Assembly: GCA_963667465.2 (NCBI GenBank)
Contig: CAXXDN010000002.1
Span: 608,001-672,000, forward strand
Source of the DNA: Dehalococcoidia bacterium
GTDB lineage: Bacteria; Chloroflexota; Dehalococcoidia; UBA2979
Direction: 5' to 3'
Length of the DNA: 64,000 bases
Below the pieces are notes generated by a model. That model was not told the DNA's origin and ran no database searches. It worked only from the letters and a program-made list of their open reading frames with translations. Shown here piece after piece: positions 1 to 8,515 of the stretch. How positions within the stretch are numbered: the stretch's first letter is position 1; each line of letters starts with the position of its first letter. A program made the translations under genes and the position numbers.

Positions 1-529
1 GCGCGACGTTCGCGAAGCCGGGCGCGGCGTCGTTGAAGTGCGCTCGATAGAGCATGTCGTTGCCGATGGCATCGACATAACGCGCGAAGGGGTGACGGTG
101 GTCGGCGACGGCGGCCTGCACGCCCTCGCCCCAGCGGATCAGTCCGGCGTCCCAGGCCAGCCCCGCGGGCGCCGGGAGGAAGAAGTAGCGATCGAGGCCG
201 GGGAAGCCCGCGACCTCGGTGATCATTGCCAGGGGGTGCGTGAAGACGATGACGAGCGCGCCGCGCTCCAGCGCGCGCACCAGCTCATCGCGGCGGCGCT
301 GCAGGATCTCGCCGGCCGGGACGCCCCGCCCGGTGAGCGCGTTCACGACCTGCGCATCGCCGTGCGTGGTGTGCTCCTGCGAGGCGTCGAGCAGCTCGCG
401 GATGCTGCTGAACACCCCCTCGGGGTCGATCGCGATCGCCTCGTAGTCGAAGAAGGCGGGCGCATTGAAGATCGTGTGGTTATCGATCGCCATGTCGGGC
501 AGGGGGCGTCCGATCGAGAGCAGGCGCAC
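1..529 (-). CDS. hypothetical protein, 3' end beyond window (MRLLSIGRPLPDMAIDNHTIFNAPAFFDYEAI...)
   Basis: Translated manually; not in the ORF track because the stop lies outside the window. GTG at 529 preceded by AAGGAG; open to base 1 with host-like GC3 codons. Confidence 0.8.
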   Translation of the reverse strand, partial: MRLLSIGRPLPDMAIDNHTIFNAPAFFDYEAIAIDPEGVFSSIRELLDASQEHTTHGDAQVVNALTGRGVPAGEILQRRRDELVRALERGALVIVFTHPLAMITEVAGFPGLDRYFFLPAPAGLAWDAGLIRWGEGVQAAVADHRHPFARYVDAIGNDMLYRAHFNDAAPGFANVA

Positions 530-634
530 GTGTCGGCTCCTTCGCCGGGAAGCGTCTCGCGGTCCTCGACGCTCGCGATTGATTGTACCTGCGTGTCGAC
601 TGGAGGCGGAAAGGGGTCATCGGCGGGAACGTCT

Positions 635-664
635 TTGACGCCCCGCCGGGCGCGCGCCTACGAT
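635..664 (+). promoter_or_regulatory. sigma70-type promoter for SRP RNA
   Basis: TTGACG-18 nt-TACGAT, ending 6 nt before the RNA 5' end. Confidence 0.65.
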
Positions 665-670
665 CATGGC

Positions 671-935
671 GGTCGTGCTAGGCGGGGAGCTAGCGGTGCC
701 CTGTAACCCGCAATCCGCTCAGCGGGGCTGAATGCCCGCCCGCGGTGCGCCCCCCGGGGACTGCCGAGATCAAGCGGCGTTGAGAGCCTGGTCCTGCGCG
801 ACGATGCCCGGTTAACTCCGTCAGGGCCGGAAGGCAGCAGCGGTACGCCGGTCACATCGGGCGCCGTAGGGGCGCCGGGCTTGAGTTGGCTGGTGGAGGC
901 AAGCCCGGAGTGCGTATCAACGGCGGGGCACGACC
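671..935 (+). ncRNA. ffs: large (Alu-domain) bacterial SRP RNA
   Basis: 5' GTCGTGCTAGGCGGGGAG..GCGGTGCCCTGTA..CGCAATCCGCT resembles Bacillus scRNA; domain IV TCAGGGCCGGAAGGCAGCAGC; termini GGTCGTGC and GCACGACC pair. Confidence 0.93.
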
Positions 936-971
936 ACTTCCGCACCCGAACAGCGAGGCGCCCTCGCACGC

Positions 972-1907
972 GTGCGGCGCTCCGTGAGCTCTGCTCGCGG
1001 CGCCCGCCGCTCGCGACGCCCGAGGCCTGCTCGCGGCGAGGAGCCGGAGGAGCCGCCCGAGTTCTTGCGCCGCCTCGGCGTCAGCCCGCGCAAGGCGCTC
1101 GGCCAGCACTTCCTCGTCGACGAGCTCCTGCTCTCGCGCATCGCAGACGCCTGCGCGCTCGGCCCCGACGACACCGTGATCGAGATCGGCGCCGGGCCCG
1201 GCGGGCTGAGCAGCGAGCTCGCCCAACGCGCCGGCACCCTGATCGCCGTCGAGATCGACGAGGAGCTGGCGAGCCTGGCGCGGCGGCAGCTCGAGGGGCG
1301 CGGGCGCGCCTGTGTCGTGGCCGCGGACGCTCTCGGCGTGACGCCCGGCGAACTCCTCGATGAGTGCGAAGCGAGCGCGCCCTACGTGATGGTCGGCAAC
1401 CTGCCGTACTACATCACGCAGCCGCTGGTCCGCCGCTTCCTCGAGGCGGACGAGCCGCCCGAGCGAATCGTCGTGCTGGTGCAGCGCGAGGTCGCCCGCC
1501 GCATCGTTGGCGGACCGGGCAAGGAGTCGCTGCTCTCGCTCTCGGTCAAGACCTACGGCCGGCCCGAGGCGCTGTTCGATGTGCCATCGAGCGCCTTCTG
1601 GCCCGCGCCCAGGGTACAGTCCGCGCTCGTGCGGATTGAGCGGCTGCCGAGGCCGGCGGTGGACCTGCCGCCGCCGGTGCTCGCGCGCTTCTTCCTGCTG
1701 CTGCGCGCCGGCTTCGCGGAGCCGCGCAAGCAGCTGCACAACGGCCTGCGTTCCTCCCTTGGCCTCTCGCGGGACGACGTGCAGGCGCTGCTGCTCGACG
1801 CCGCCATCGACCCGGCGCTGCGCGCCCAGCACCTCGATCTGGACGACTGGCAGCGGCTGCACGAACTCACCGAGGAGCGCTGGCCGGGGAGCCTCGATGT
1901 TGGCTAA
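972..1907 (+). CDS. rsmA: 16S rRNA adenine dimethyltransferase KsgA/RsmA
   Basis: LGQHFL, VIEIGAGPG, VEID, GNLPYYIT, FWPAPRVQS motifs; start may be GTG 984. Confidence 0.95.
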   Translation: MRRSVSSARGARRSRRPRPARGEEPEEPPEFLRRLGVSPRKALGQHFLVDELLLSRIADACALGPDDTVIEIGAGPGGLSSELAQRAGTLIAVEIDEELASLARRQLEGRGRACVVAADALGVTPGELLDECEASAPYVMVGNLPYYITQPLVRRFLEADEPPERIVVLVQREVARRIVGGPGKESLLSLSVKTYGRPEALFDVPSSAFWPAPRVQSALVRIERLPRPAVDLPPPVLARFFLLLRAGFAEPRKQLHNGLRSSLGLSRDDVQALLLDAAIDPALRAQHLDLDDWQRLHELTEERWPGSLDVG

Positions 1908-2808
1908 CGCCCCGGCCCTCTCGCTGCTCGCGCCGGCGAAGCTGAACCTCGTGCTCGAGGTGACCGGGCGGCGCGGCGACGGCTACCACGACCTCGACAC
2001 GGTGCTGACGACGATCGACCTCGCCGACCGCGTGCGCCTGCGCCCGGCCGCCGCGCTCGACGTGCGCCTCAGCGGGCGCGGCACGGGGGAGATCGCCGCC
2101 GATGGCGAGCTGTCGGCCGCGGCCGCGCGGGCGCTCGCGGCGGCAGCCGGGCGCGCGCCGAACGTGGCAATCGAGGTCGAGAAGCGCGTACCGGCGGCGG
2201 CCGGGCTGGGCGGCGGCTCCTCGGACGCGGCGGCCGTGCTGCGCGGGCTCGCGCGGCTCTGGGAGCTCGACTGGCCGATCGAGCGGCTCGAGGCGATCGC
2301 GGCTTCGGTGGGGTCGGATGTGCCGTTCTTCCTGCACGGGGGGACGGCGCGCTGCCGCGGCCGCGGCGAGATCGTGACGCCGCTGCGCGATCTGCGGGCG
2401 TTGCGCGTGCTGCTGCTGCTCCCGCCGGTCCCGCAGGGTCCCGCGAAGACGGCGCGACGCTTCGGCGCGCTGCACCCGCATGACCTGACCGACGGCGCGC
2501 GCTCGGCGCGCATCGCGCATCGCGTGCGCCGCGACGCCCCGCCTCCGACCGGCGATCTGTGGAACGCCTTCGAGGCGGTGATCGAGCGCACGGAGTCGGA
2601 GCTGCTCGCGCACTACGGCGCCTACGCCTCCGCGCTCGGCGGCGTGCCCCTGCACCTGACGGGGACCGGCCCCACGGTCTTCCTGCTGATCCACGAGCGA
2701 GCGAAGGGCGCGGAGTTGCGGCGCGACCTCGAGCAGGCGGGCGCCGAGGCGATCGCGGCACGCACGCTGACGCGCGCCGAGGCGCTCGCGATCACGGAGG
2801 AGGCATGA
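1897..2808 (+). CDS. ispE: 4-diphosphocytidyl-2-C-methyl-D-erythritol kinase
   Basis: APAKLNLVLEV..GYH, AGLGGGSSDAA, GSDVPFF; follows rsmA; ATG 1897 within ORF 1507..2808. Confidence 0.93.
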   Translation: MLANAPALSLLAPAKLNLVLEVTGRRGDGYHDLDTVLTTIDLADRVRLRPAAALDVRLSGRGTGEIAADGELSAAAARALAAAAGRAPNVAIEVEKRVPAAAGLGGGSSDAAAVLRGLARLWELDWPIERLEAIAASVGSDVPFFLHGGTARCRGRGEIVTPLRDLRALRVLLLLPPVPQGPAKTARRFGALHPHDLTDGARSARIAHRVRRDAPPPTGDLWNAFEAVIERTESELLAHYGAYASALGGVPLHLTGTGPTVFLLIHERAKGAELRRDLEQAGAEAIAARTLTRAEALAITEEA

Positions 2809-3203
2809 GCGCCGAGGTCGACGCCGGGCGCGCGCTGTTCTCGGGCGTTGTCTCGGGGGCGGCGGCGGCGTTCGCGACGGTTGCGATTGCGCTCTGGGCG
2901 ATGAGCCGCAGTCCTCGCTGGCGCGAGCGGGCGGCGGGACTGAACCGGATCCCGGCGCCGCTCGTCGGGGTGGTGCTGGTCAACGGGGCGCTGATCGGCT
3001 GGACGCTGCTCGGGCTGCTGCTGGGCGCGGTCTACATCCAGGTGGCGGATCCGCTGCGCTTCGGGATGATCGTGCATGGCCTCGTGCTGATCGCGGTCAT
3101 CGCGACGGCGTTCGTGTTTCGAGGGCTGAGCGGCGTGGTCTGGGCGACAGCGATCGTGGCGGCGTTCGCCTTCGGTGTGCTGCTGCCCGCACTCGCGAGC
3201 TGA
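2805..3203 (+). CDS. small hypothetical membrane protein (about 4 TM)
   Basis: ATG overlaps the ispE stop (ATGA), GGAGG RBS, hydrophobic segments. Confidence 0.75.
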   Translation: MSAEVDAGRALFSGVVSGAAAAFATVAIALWAMSRSPRWRERAAGLNRIPAPLVGVVLVNGALIGWTLLGLLLGAVYIQVADPLRFGMIVHGLVLIAVIATAFVFRGLSGVVWATAIVAAFAFGVLLPALAS

Positions 3204-3269
3204 GCGTCCCATCGGGGGCCAGCGGCGGCCGGTGATGCGGCCCGTACGGGCATCTCGTACCCTTGGGCC

Positions 3270-4055
3270 GTGCCCGCCGCCGACGGGCTGCGGACGGCAG
3301 AGCGAAGGAGACGGACGCTGCAGCTGACGCCTGGACTGCAGGGCAGCGTGCTCGACATGCACGTCCACTCTGCGGTCGCCTCCTCGGACAGCACGCTCAA
3401 CCCGCACAAGCTGCCCGAACTCGGGCGCGCGGCCGGGCTGACCGGCGCCAATATCTCCGAGCACGACAAGATGTGGGACCGCCACCTGCGCGCCGAGTAC
3501 CGCGAGCAGCACACGGATTTCCTCGTCAACTTCGGGATGGAGATCTCCACCGACCTCGGCCACATGCTGGTGATCGGCCTGCCCGCCTACATCAGCGGCA
3601 TCCGCCGCGCCGAGCAGCTGCGCGAGGAGCTCAACGCCGTCGGTGGCTTCCTGATTGTCGCGCACCCCTTCCGCCACGTGTTCGACAACGTGACGGCGAT
3701 GCGCAAGGACAGCGTCCCGTTCGAGCTGACCCCCGCCGAGGCGGCCGGGCTCCCCGTCTTCCAGCTCGCCGATGCGATCGAGATCGCCAACGGCTGCAAC
3801 ACGCCGCGCGAGAACTACTTCGCCTACGAGGTGGCGCGAGAGCTCGGGCTGCCGACCACCGGCGGCAGTGACGCGCACTCGGAGAGCGGCATCGGCTACT
3901 ACGCGACCGGCTTCGAGCGCGAGCTGCAAAGCGAGGCGGAGCTGCTCGAAGAGCTGCACGCCGGCCGCTTCGAGGCGATCGTGCGCTCCGCCGCTGGCGA
4001 CTTCGCGCGCTTCGAGCCGGGCGTCGTCGAGGCGGTCGCCGAGGCCCGCGGCTAG
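3270..4055 (+). CDS. PHP-domain metallohydrolase
   Basis: DMHVHS, SEHD, GME, AHPFR, EIANG, GGSDAH motifs. Confidence 0.88.
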   Translation: MPAADGLRTAERRRRTLQLTPGLQGSVLDMHVHSAVASSDSTLNPHKLPELGRAAGLTGANISEHDKMWDRHLRAEYREQHTDFLVNFGMEISTDLGHMLVIGLPAYISGIRRAEQLREELNAVGGFLIVAHPFRHVFDNVTAMRKDSVPFELTPAEAAGLPVFQLADAIEIANGCNTPRENYFAYEVARELGLPTTGGSDAHSESGIGYYATGFERELQSEAELLEELHAGRFEAIVRSAAGDFARFEPGVVEAVAEARG

Positions 4056-4088
4056 GGCAGTACTCCCCGGAGAGGGCGGCGAGGCGCG

Positions 4089-6923
4089 ATGCCTCTCGGT
4101 CCCCACGAATCTGCAGCAGACCGCGGCGAGTACGTCGCGGTCGACCTCGAGACGACCGGCCTCGACCCGGCGAGCGACCGCATCATCGAGATCGGCGCCG
4201 TGCGCTTCGGCGCGGAGGGTCCACGCGAGCGCTTCCGCACATTCGCCAGCCCCGGCCGGGCGCTACCGCCCGCGATCCGCGTGCTCACGGGCATCGAGGA
4301 CGCCGACCTGACCGGCGCTCCGCCGCCGTCGCTCGCCGTGCACGAGTTCGCCGCCTTCGCGCGCGGCCTCCCGCTGGTCGCGCACAACGCACCCTTCGAC
4401 CTCGGATTCCTCGCCGAGGCGGGGTTGCAGGTGCAGGCGCCCGCCTACGACAGCTACGAGCTCGCCTCGGTGTTGCTGCCGACAGCGACGCGGCTCGACC
4501 TGCGCTCGCTCGCGGAGTCGCTCGGCGTCACTGTCGAGGAGTCGCATCGCGCGCTCGCCGACGCCGAGGTGACGGCGGAGGTCTTCCTGCGCCTGCTGGA
4601 GCGGCTCGAGCGGCTGCCGGCGGCGACGCTCCGCGACCTCCTGCGGCTCGCCGGCCAGTCCGCCTGGGGCCTCGGGCCCCTGTTCGACGAGGCGCTGGCG
4701 CGGAGTGGCACAGGCGCGGGTGAGGGCGCCGTCCTCGCGCCCGGCGGGCTGGCGCGCGAGCCTCGCGAGCTGCCGCCGCCGCTGCGCCCCCTGCCGGAGT
4801 TCACGCCACTCGACGCGGACGAGGTGGAGGGACGCTTCGCCGAGGCGCGCCGCCGCGCGGACCTGTTCCCCGGCTTCGAGACACGCGAGGGCCAGACCGC
4901 GATGGCACGCGCCGTCGCGGACAACATCGCGCACGAGGGCCAGCTCGCCGTCGAGGCGGGAACGGGGACGGGCAAATCGCTCGCCTACCTCGTGCCCGCG
5001 CTTTCGCACGCGCTGCGCAGCGGCGAGCGCGTCGTGATCTCGACGCACACACTGAACCTGCAGGAGCAACTGGCCGGGCGCGACATGCCCGCGGCGGCGG
5101 AGCTCGCCGAGTCGGCGGCCGGGGCGCCGCCGGGCGCGCTGCGCACGGCCGTGCTCAAGGGGCGAGGGAACTACCTCTGCCTCGAACGCTGGTCCCAGGC
5201 GATCGAGCTGGAGGAGCCGCGCAGCGCCGACCAGGCGCGCGTGCTCGCTCGCATCGCCGTCTGGCTCGGAGAGACGGAGCGCGGCGACCGCGCGGAGCTG
5301 TACCTGCGCGGCGACGAGTGGCCGCACTGGCGCGCCCTCGCCGCCGACACGAACGACTGCCTCGCCCGGCGCTGCGCGTTCGTGCGCGAGGGCAGCTGCT
5401 TCCTCCAGCGGGCGCGCGCAGAGGCGGCGGCGGCGCACGTCCTCGTCGTCAACCACGCGCTGCTGCTCGTCAACGCCGCGGGCGGCGACCAGCTGCTGCC
5501 GCCCTGCCGCCACCTGATCGTCGACGAGGCGCACCGCCTCGAGGGCGTCGCGACGAGTCAGTTCGGCGAGTCCGTCTCGCTGCAGGAGATCGCGCAACTG
5601 CTCGACGAGGCCTCGGCCGGCGGGGGCTCCCTCGCCGCCTCGCTGCGAGGGGCGGCACGACGCGATCCGATGCCGCTCTCGCCGGCCGCCGGCCTCGCGC
5701 CGCTTGCCGACGAGATCGCCTCGGCCGTCGCGATGGCGCGCGCGCGGCTGCCGGACCTCGAGGCGGCGATCGCCGCCTACAGCGAGGAGTTCGAGGAGCG
5801 CGCGAGGGGGGCGCAACTGCTGATCACGCCGGGCCGGCGTGCGCAGCCGCTCTGGGGGGATGTCGAGGACGGGGCGCTACACCTCGAACTCGCGCTCGAC
5901 CAGCTGGCGCGGCGCCTGGCCGAAGCCGAGGCGACGGTCGGATCGCTGCTGGCGGCGGGTGCGCCCTCGCTCGACACGCTGCGGAGCGCCCTCGCGCGGG
6001 CCGCCGCGCGGGCGGCGCAGCAGGCCGCGACGCTGCGAGAGGCGCTGCAGCGCGCCGACCCCGAGCGCATCGTCTGGCTCGACAGCGGCGGTCGCGGGCC
6101 GCGCGTGCGCAGCGCGCCGCTCGACGTCGCCGATCGCCTCGAAGACGAGCTGTGGGCGCGGCGCGATTCCGTCCTCGTCACGAGCGCGACGCTGACGGCG
6201 CAGCAGCGCTTCGATTTCAGCCTGCGAGGCATCGGGCTGCCCGATGCGGACGCCCTCGACGTCGGATCGCCGTTCGACTACCGGCGAGCGGTGCTCGTGC
6301 TCGTCGTCGACGACCTGCCGCCGCCGAACGCGCCGGACTACGAGGCCGCCTCGCAGCAGCTGCTGGGCGAGGCGGCGCGTGCGGCGGGCGGGCGCACGCT
6401 GGCGCTCTTCACCTCGCACGGCGCGGTGCGCTCGGCCGCCGGCGCGTTGCGCGGTCCGCTCGCCGCCGAGGGCATCGGCGTGCTCGCGCACGACCTCGAC
6501 GGCGGTCCGGCGCGCCTGCTGCGGGCGCTCGCGGAGCGCCCTCGCTCGCTGGTGCTGGGCACCGCCGCGTTCTGGGAGGGCGTCGACGTGCCCGGCCCGG
6601 CGCTCTCGCAGCTCGTGCTCGCGCGCCTGCCCTTCCCGGTGCCGACCGATCCGATCCATGCCGCGCGCTCCGCGCTGCACGACCAGCCGTTCGAGGAGTA
6701 CATGCTGCCGCACGCCGTGCTGCGCTTCCGCCAGGGCTTTGGCCGCCTGATTCGCGGCCCGCGCGACCGGGGCGTCTTCCTCATCCTCGACCGTCGCGTC
6801 AGCACGCGCGCCTACGGGGAGGCGTTCCTCGAGGCGCTGCCCGACAGCGAGCAACGCACGCTCCCCGCGCGCGAGGTTCCCGCGGCCGTCGCCGCCTGGC
6901 TCTCCGAGGCCTCCGGTGCCTGA
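4089..6923 (+). CDS. dinG: DEDDh exonuclease-DinG helicase fusion
   Basis: DLETTG/AHNAPFD/HRALAD exonuclease; EAGTGTGKS, four FeS Cys, DEAH, QGFGRLIR helicase motifs. Confidence 0.92.
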   Translation: MPLGPHESAADRGEYVAVDLETTGLDPASDRIIEIGAVRFGAEGPRERFRTFASPGRALPPAIRVLTGIEDADLTGAPPPSLAVHEFAAFARGLPLVAHNAPFDLGFLAEAGLQVQAPAYDSYELASVLLPTATRLDLRSLAESLGVTVEESHRALADAEVTAEVFLRLLERLERLPAATLRDLLRLAGQSAWGLGPLFDEALARSGTGAGEGAVLAPGGLAREPRELPPPLRPLPEFTPLDADEVEGRFAEARRRADLFPGFETREGQTAMARAVADNIAHEGQLAVEAGTGTGKSLAYLVPALSHALRSGERVVISTHTLNLQEQLAGRDMPAAAELAESAAGAPPGALRTAVLKGRGNYLCLERWSQAIELEEPRSADQARVLARIAVWLGETERGDRAELYLRGDEWPHWRALAADTNDCLARRCAFVREGSCFLQRARAEAAAAHVLVVNHALLLVNAAGGDQLLPPCRHLIVDEAHRLEGVATSQFGESVSLQEIAQLLDEASAGGGSLAASLRGAARRDPMPLSPAAGLAPLADEIASAVAMARARLPDLEAAIAAYSEEFEERARGAQLLITPGRRAQPLWGDVEDGALHLELALDQLARRLAEAEATVGSLLAAGAPSLDTLRSALARAAARAAQQAATLREALQRADPERIVWLDSGGRGPRVRSAPLDVADRLEDELWARRDSVLVTSATLTAQQRFDFSLRGIGLPDADALDVGSPFDYRRAVLVLVVDDLPPPNAPDYEAASQQLLGEAARAAGGRTLALFTSHGAVRSAAGALRGPLAAEGIGVLAHDLDGGPARLLRALAERPRSLVLGTAAFWEGVDVPGPALSQLVLARLPFPVPTDPIHAARSALHDQPFEEYMLPHAVLRFRQGFGRLIRGPRDRGVFLILDRRVSTRAYGEAFLEALPDSEQRTLPAREVPAAVAAWLSEASGA

Positions 6924-7395
6924 GCCGGGCGGACGCACAACGCGAGCGCGGCCCTGGGCGCGCGGCGAGGGCGTCACGCTGGTCGCGGCGGACGCGCCGC
7001 CCGCGGACGAGGGCATCGCGCAGGCGGTGCGCGAGGGCGTTGCGCGCAGCCATCGAGGCGAGGTCGAGACGCCGTTGCCGGACACGCGGCTCTACCACGT
7101 CCGGACGGAGGGCGAGACCGTCGGGGTGCTGGGCATCGCGGCAGGGCCGGAAGCGCGCACCGTGACCTTCTCTGGCGTCGCGATCGCGCCCGAGCGCCGC
7201 GGGCGCGCGATTGCCGTGCGGGCGGTGCGGATCGCCGAGCGGCGGCTGCGTCGCGAGGGCGTGCGCGGCTTCTACGGGCGTGCGCCGCGCGGCAACGGGC
7301 GCGGCCTCTACTTCTGGCTGCGCGCCGGGTACGCGCCACTGCGCTCGCTTCGCCCCGAGGACGACGCGACCTGGTTCCGGCTGCCTACTCCCTAG
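6916..7395 (+). CDS. GNAT-family N-acetyltransferase
   Basis: VAIAPERRGRAIA motif A and FWLRAGY motif B; overlaps the dinG stop. Confidence 0.75.
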   Translation: MPEPGGRTTRARPWARGEGVTLVAADAPPADEGIAQAVREGVARSHRGEVETPLPDTRLYHVRTEGETVGVLGIAAGPEARTVTFSGVAIAPERRGRAIAVRAVRIAERRLRREGVRGFYGRAPRGNGRGLYFWLRAGYAPLRSLRPEDDATWFRLPTP

Positions 7396-7735
7396 GTTCC
7401 TTGGCGACGGTCTCTTCGGGAGTTGCTGCGGCGTCCTCGTTCGCGTCGCGCTGCCGCTCCGCCTGGCGCGTCTCCATGTAGCGCCGGGCCCCGCGCCGGT
7501 ACCAGACCGCGATCAGCACGGCGCTGAGCAGCGCCACGCCGATGTCGAGCACCTGCAGCGGGTCGGCGGGAAGGAACGTCGCGACGCGCGCGAGCCAGTA
7601 GCCGAAGAGCAGCGCCATGACGGTGCCGAGGCGGCTCCTGCGGGCAGGCTCGCCTGGGGCGCGCGGCTCGGTGGCGGCGGGCGGTGCGGGCGTGTCGCTG
7701 CGCCGGGGGCGGAAGCGGCGGCGGCGCGAGGCCAC
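7385..7735 (-). CDS. hypothetical 2-TM protein with Arg-rich N-terminus
   Basis: MASRRRRFRPRR, Pro linker, two hydrophobic helices; 5 nt downstream of the previous co-oriented gene. Confidence 0.7.
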   Translation of the reverse strand: MASRRRRFRPRRSDTPAPPAATEPRAPGEPARRSRLGTVMALLFGYWLARVATFLPADPLQVLDIGVALLSAVLIAVWYRRGARRYMETRQAERQRDANEDAAATPEETVAKEPRE

Positions 7736-7740
7736 CGCGG

Positions 7741-8193
7741 CTAGGGGCCGTCGATGCGGCGGAAGCGGCGACGCTTCGGGCGCTCGGGCGCGGCGGCAGG
7801 CGGTGGCTTGCTCGCCGCCGGCGGCGAGGGCGGAGCCGCCGGAGCCGCCGGAGCAGGCGGAGCAGGCGGAGCAGGCGGGGGTATAGGGGGCATGATGATC
7901 GTGCCCGCCTGCGCGCCGGGAGGCGCCCCCAGCGGGTCGAAGCCGGGCGGCGGCGCCTGGAAGCCTTCTGCCTGGATGCTGCCGCGGATTAGCTCGAGGC
8001 AGCGATTACAGAAGAACTGCAGCACCGGCTCGTCGCAGTCACCGACCCAGACGTCGCCGCAGTCGATGCCCGCGATGTCGTTGCGGGGGTTGAGGTGGAA
8101 CAGCACGCCGCAGTTGCTGCAATCGGAGAGCAGCTGGGCGTTCGTCTCGGAGACCTCGCAGATCTCGCAGGTGTGGGTCGGAGCCGAAGTCAT
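7741..8193 (-). CDS. C4HC3 (PHD-like) zinc-finger protein with Pro-rich and basic tail
   Basis: CEIC-x12-CSNC-x4-H-x11-C-x16-CNRC; GAGGAG RBS. Confidence 0.8.
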   Translation of the reverse strand: MTSAPTHTCEICEVSETNAQLLSDCSNCGVLFHLNPRNDIAGIDCGDVWVGDCDEPVLQFFCNRCLELIRGSIQAEGFQAPPPGFDPLGAPPGAQAGTIIMPPIPPPAPPAPPAPAAPAAPPSPPAASKPPPAAAPERPKRRRFRRIDGP

Positions 8194-8230
8194 AGCGTCT
8201 CTCCTCGTGCGTGGCCGTGCCGGGCCGCCG

Positions 8231-8515
8231 CTAGCGGACGACGGAGCGCCAGTGGCCGCCGCTGGCGGCGTCGGCCTCGTAGCGCTCGATACAGGGGTTG
8301 CAACTGAAGCTGAAGCCGCAGGCCTGGCCGAAGGTCGCCGCGCCGCAACTGCGGCCCAGCTCAGCCTGGCTCAGGTCGATGTGGAAGACGGCCCCGCAAT
8401 CGGCGCAGTCGGCCAGCTCCTTCGGCGGTCCCTGGAGGCCGCAGACGGCGCAGTCCAGCAGCTTCGCTGCCGCTGGCGCCTCGGCGGGCCGGCCCTGGGC
8501 GGGCAGGGTGCTCAT
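8231..8515 (-). CDS. C4HC3 (PHD-like) zinc-finger protein, paralog of 7741..8193
   Basis: CAVC-x11-CADC-x4-H-x11-C-x14-CNPC; ATG overlaps the cca stop, GGAGGAG RBS. Confidence 0.78.
   Translation of the reverse strand: MSTLPAQGRPAEAPAAAKLLDCAVCGLQGPPKELADCADCGAVFHIDLSQAELGRSCGAATFGQACGFSFSCNPCIERYEADAASGGHWRSVVR

Noticed and set aside
38-706. Plus-strand 222-aa ORF, and ORF 664..969
   Set aside because: They are antisense to the real minus-strand gene and to the SRP RNA respectively
7830-7880. 9-bp tandem repeats as a CRISPR or regulatory array
   Set aside because: They simply encode the PPA/PAA linker; no spacers or cas genes
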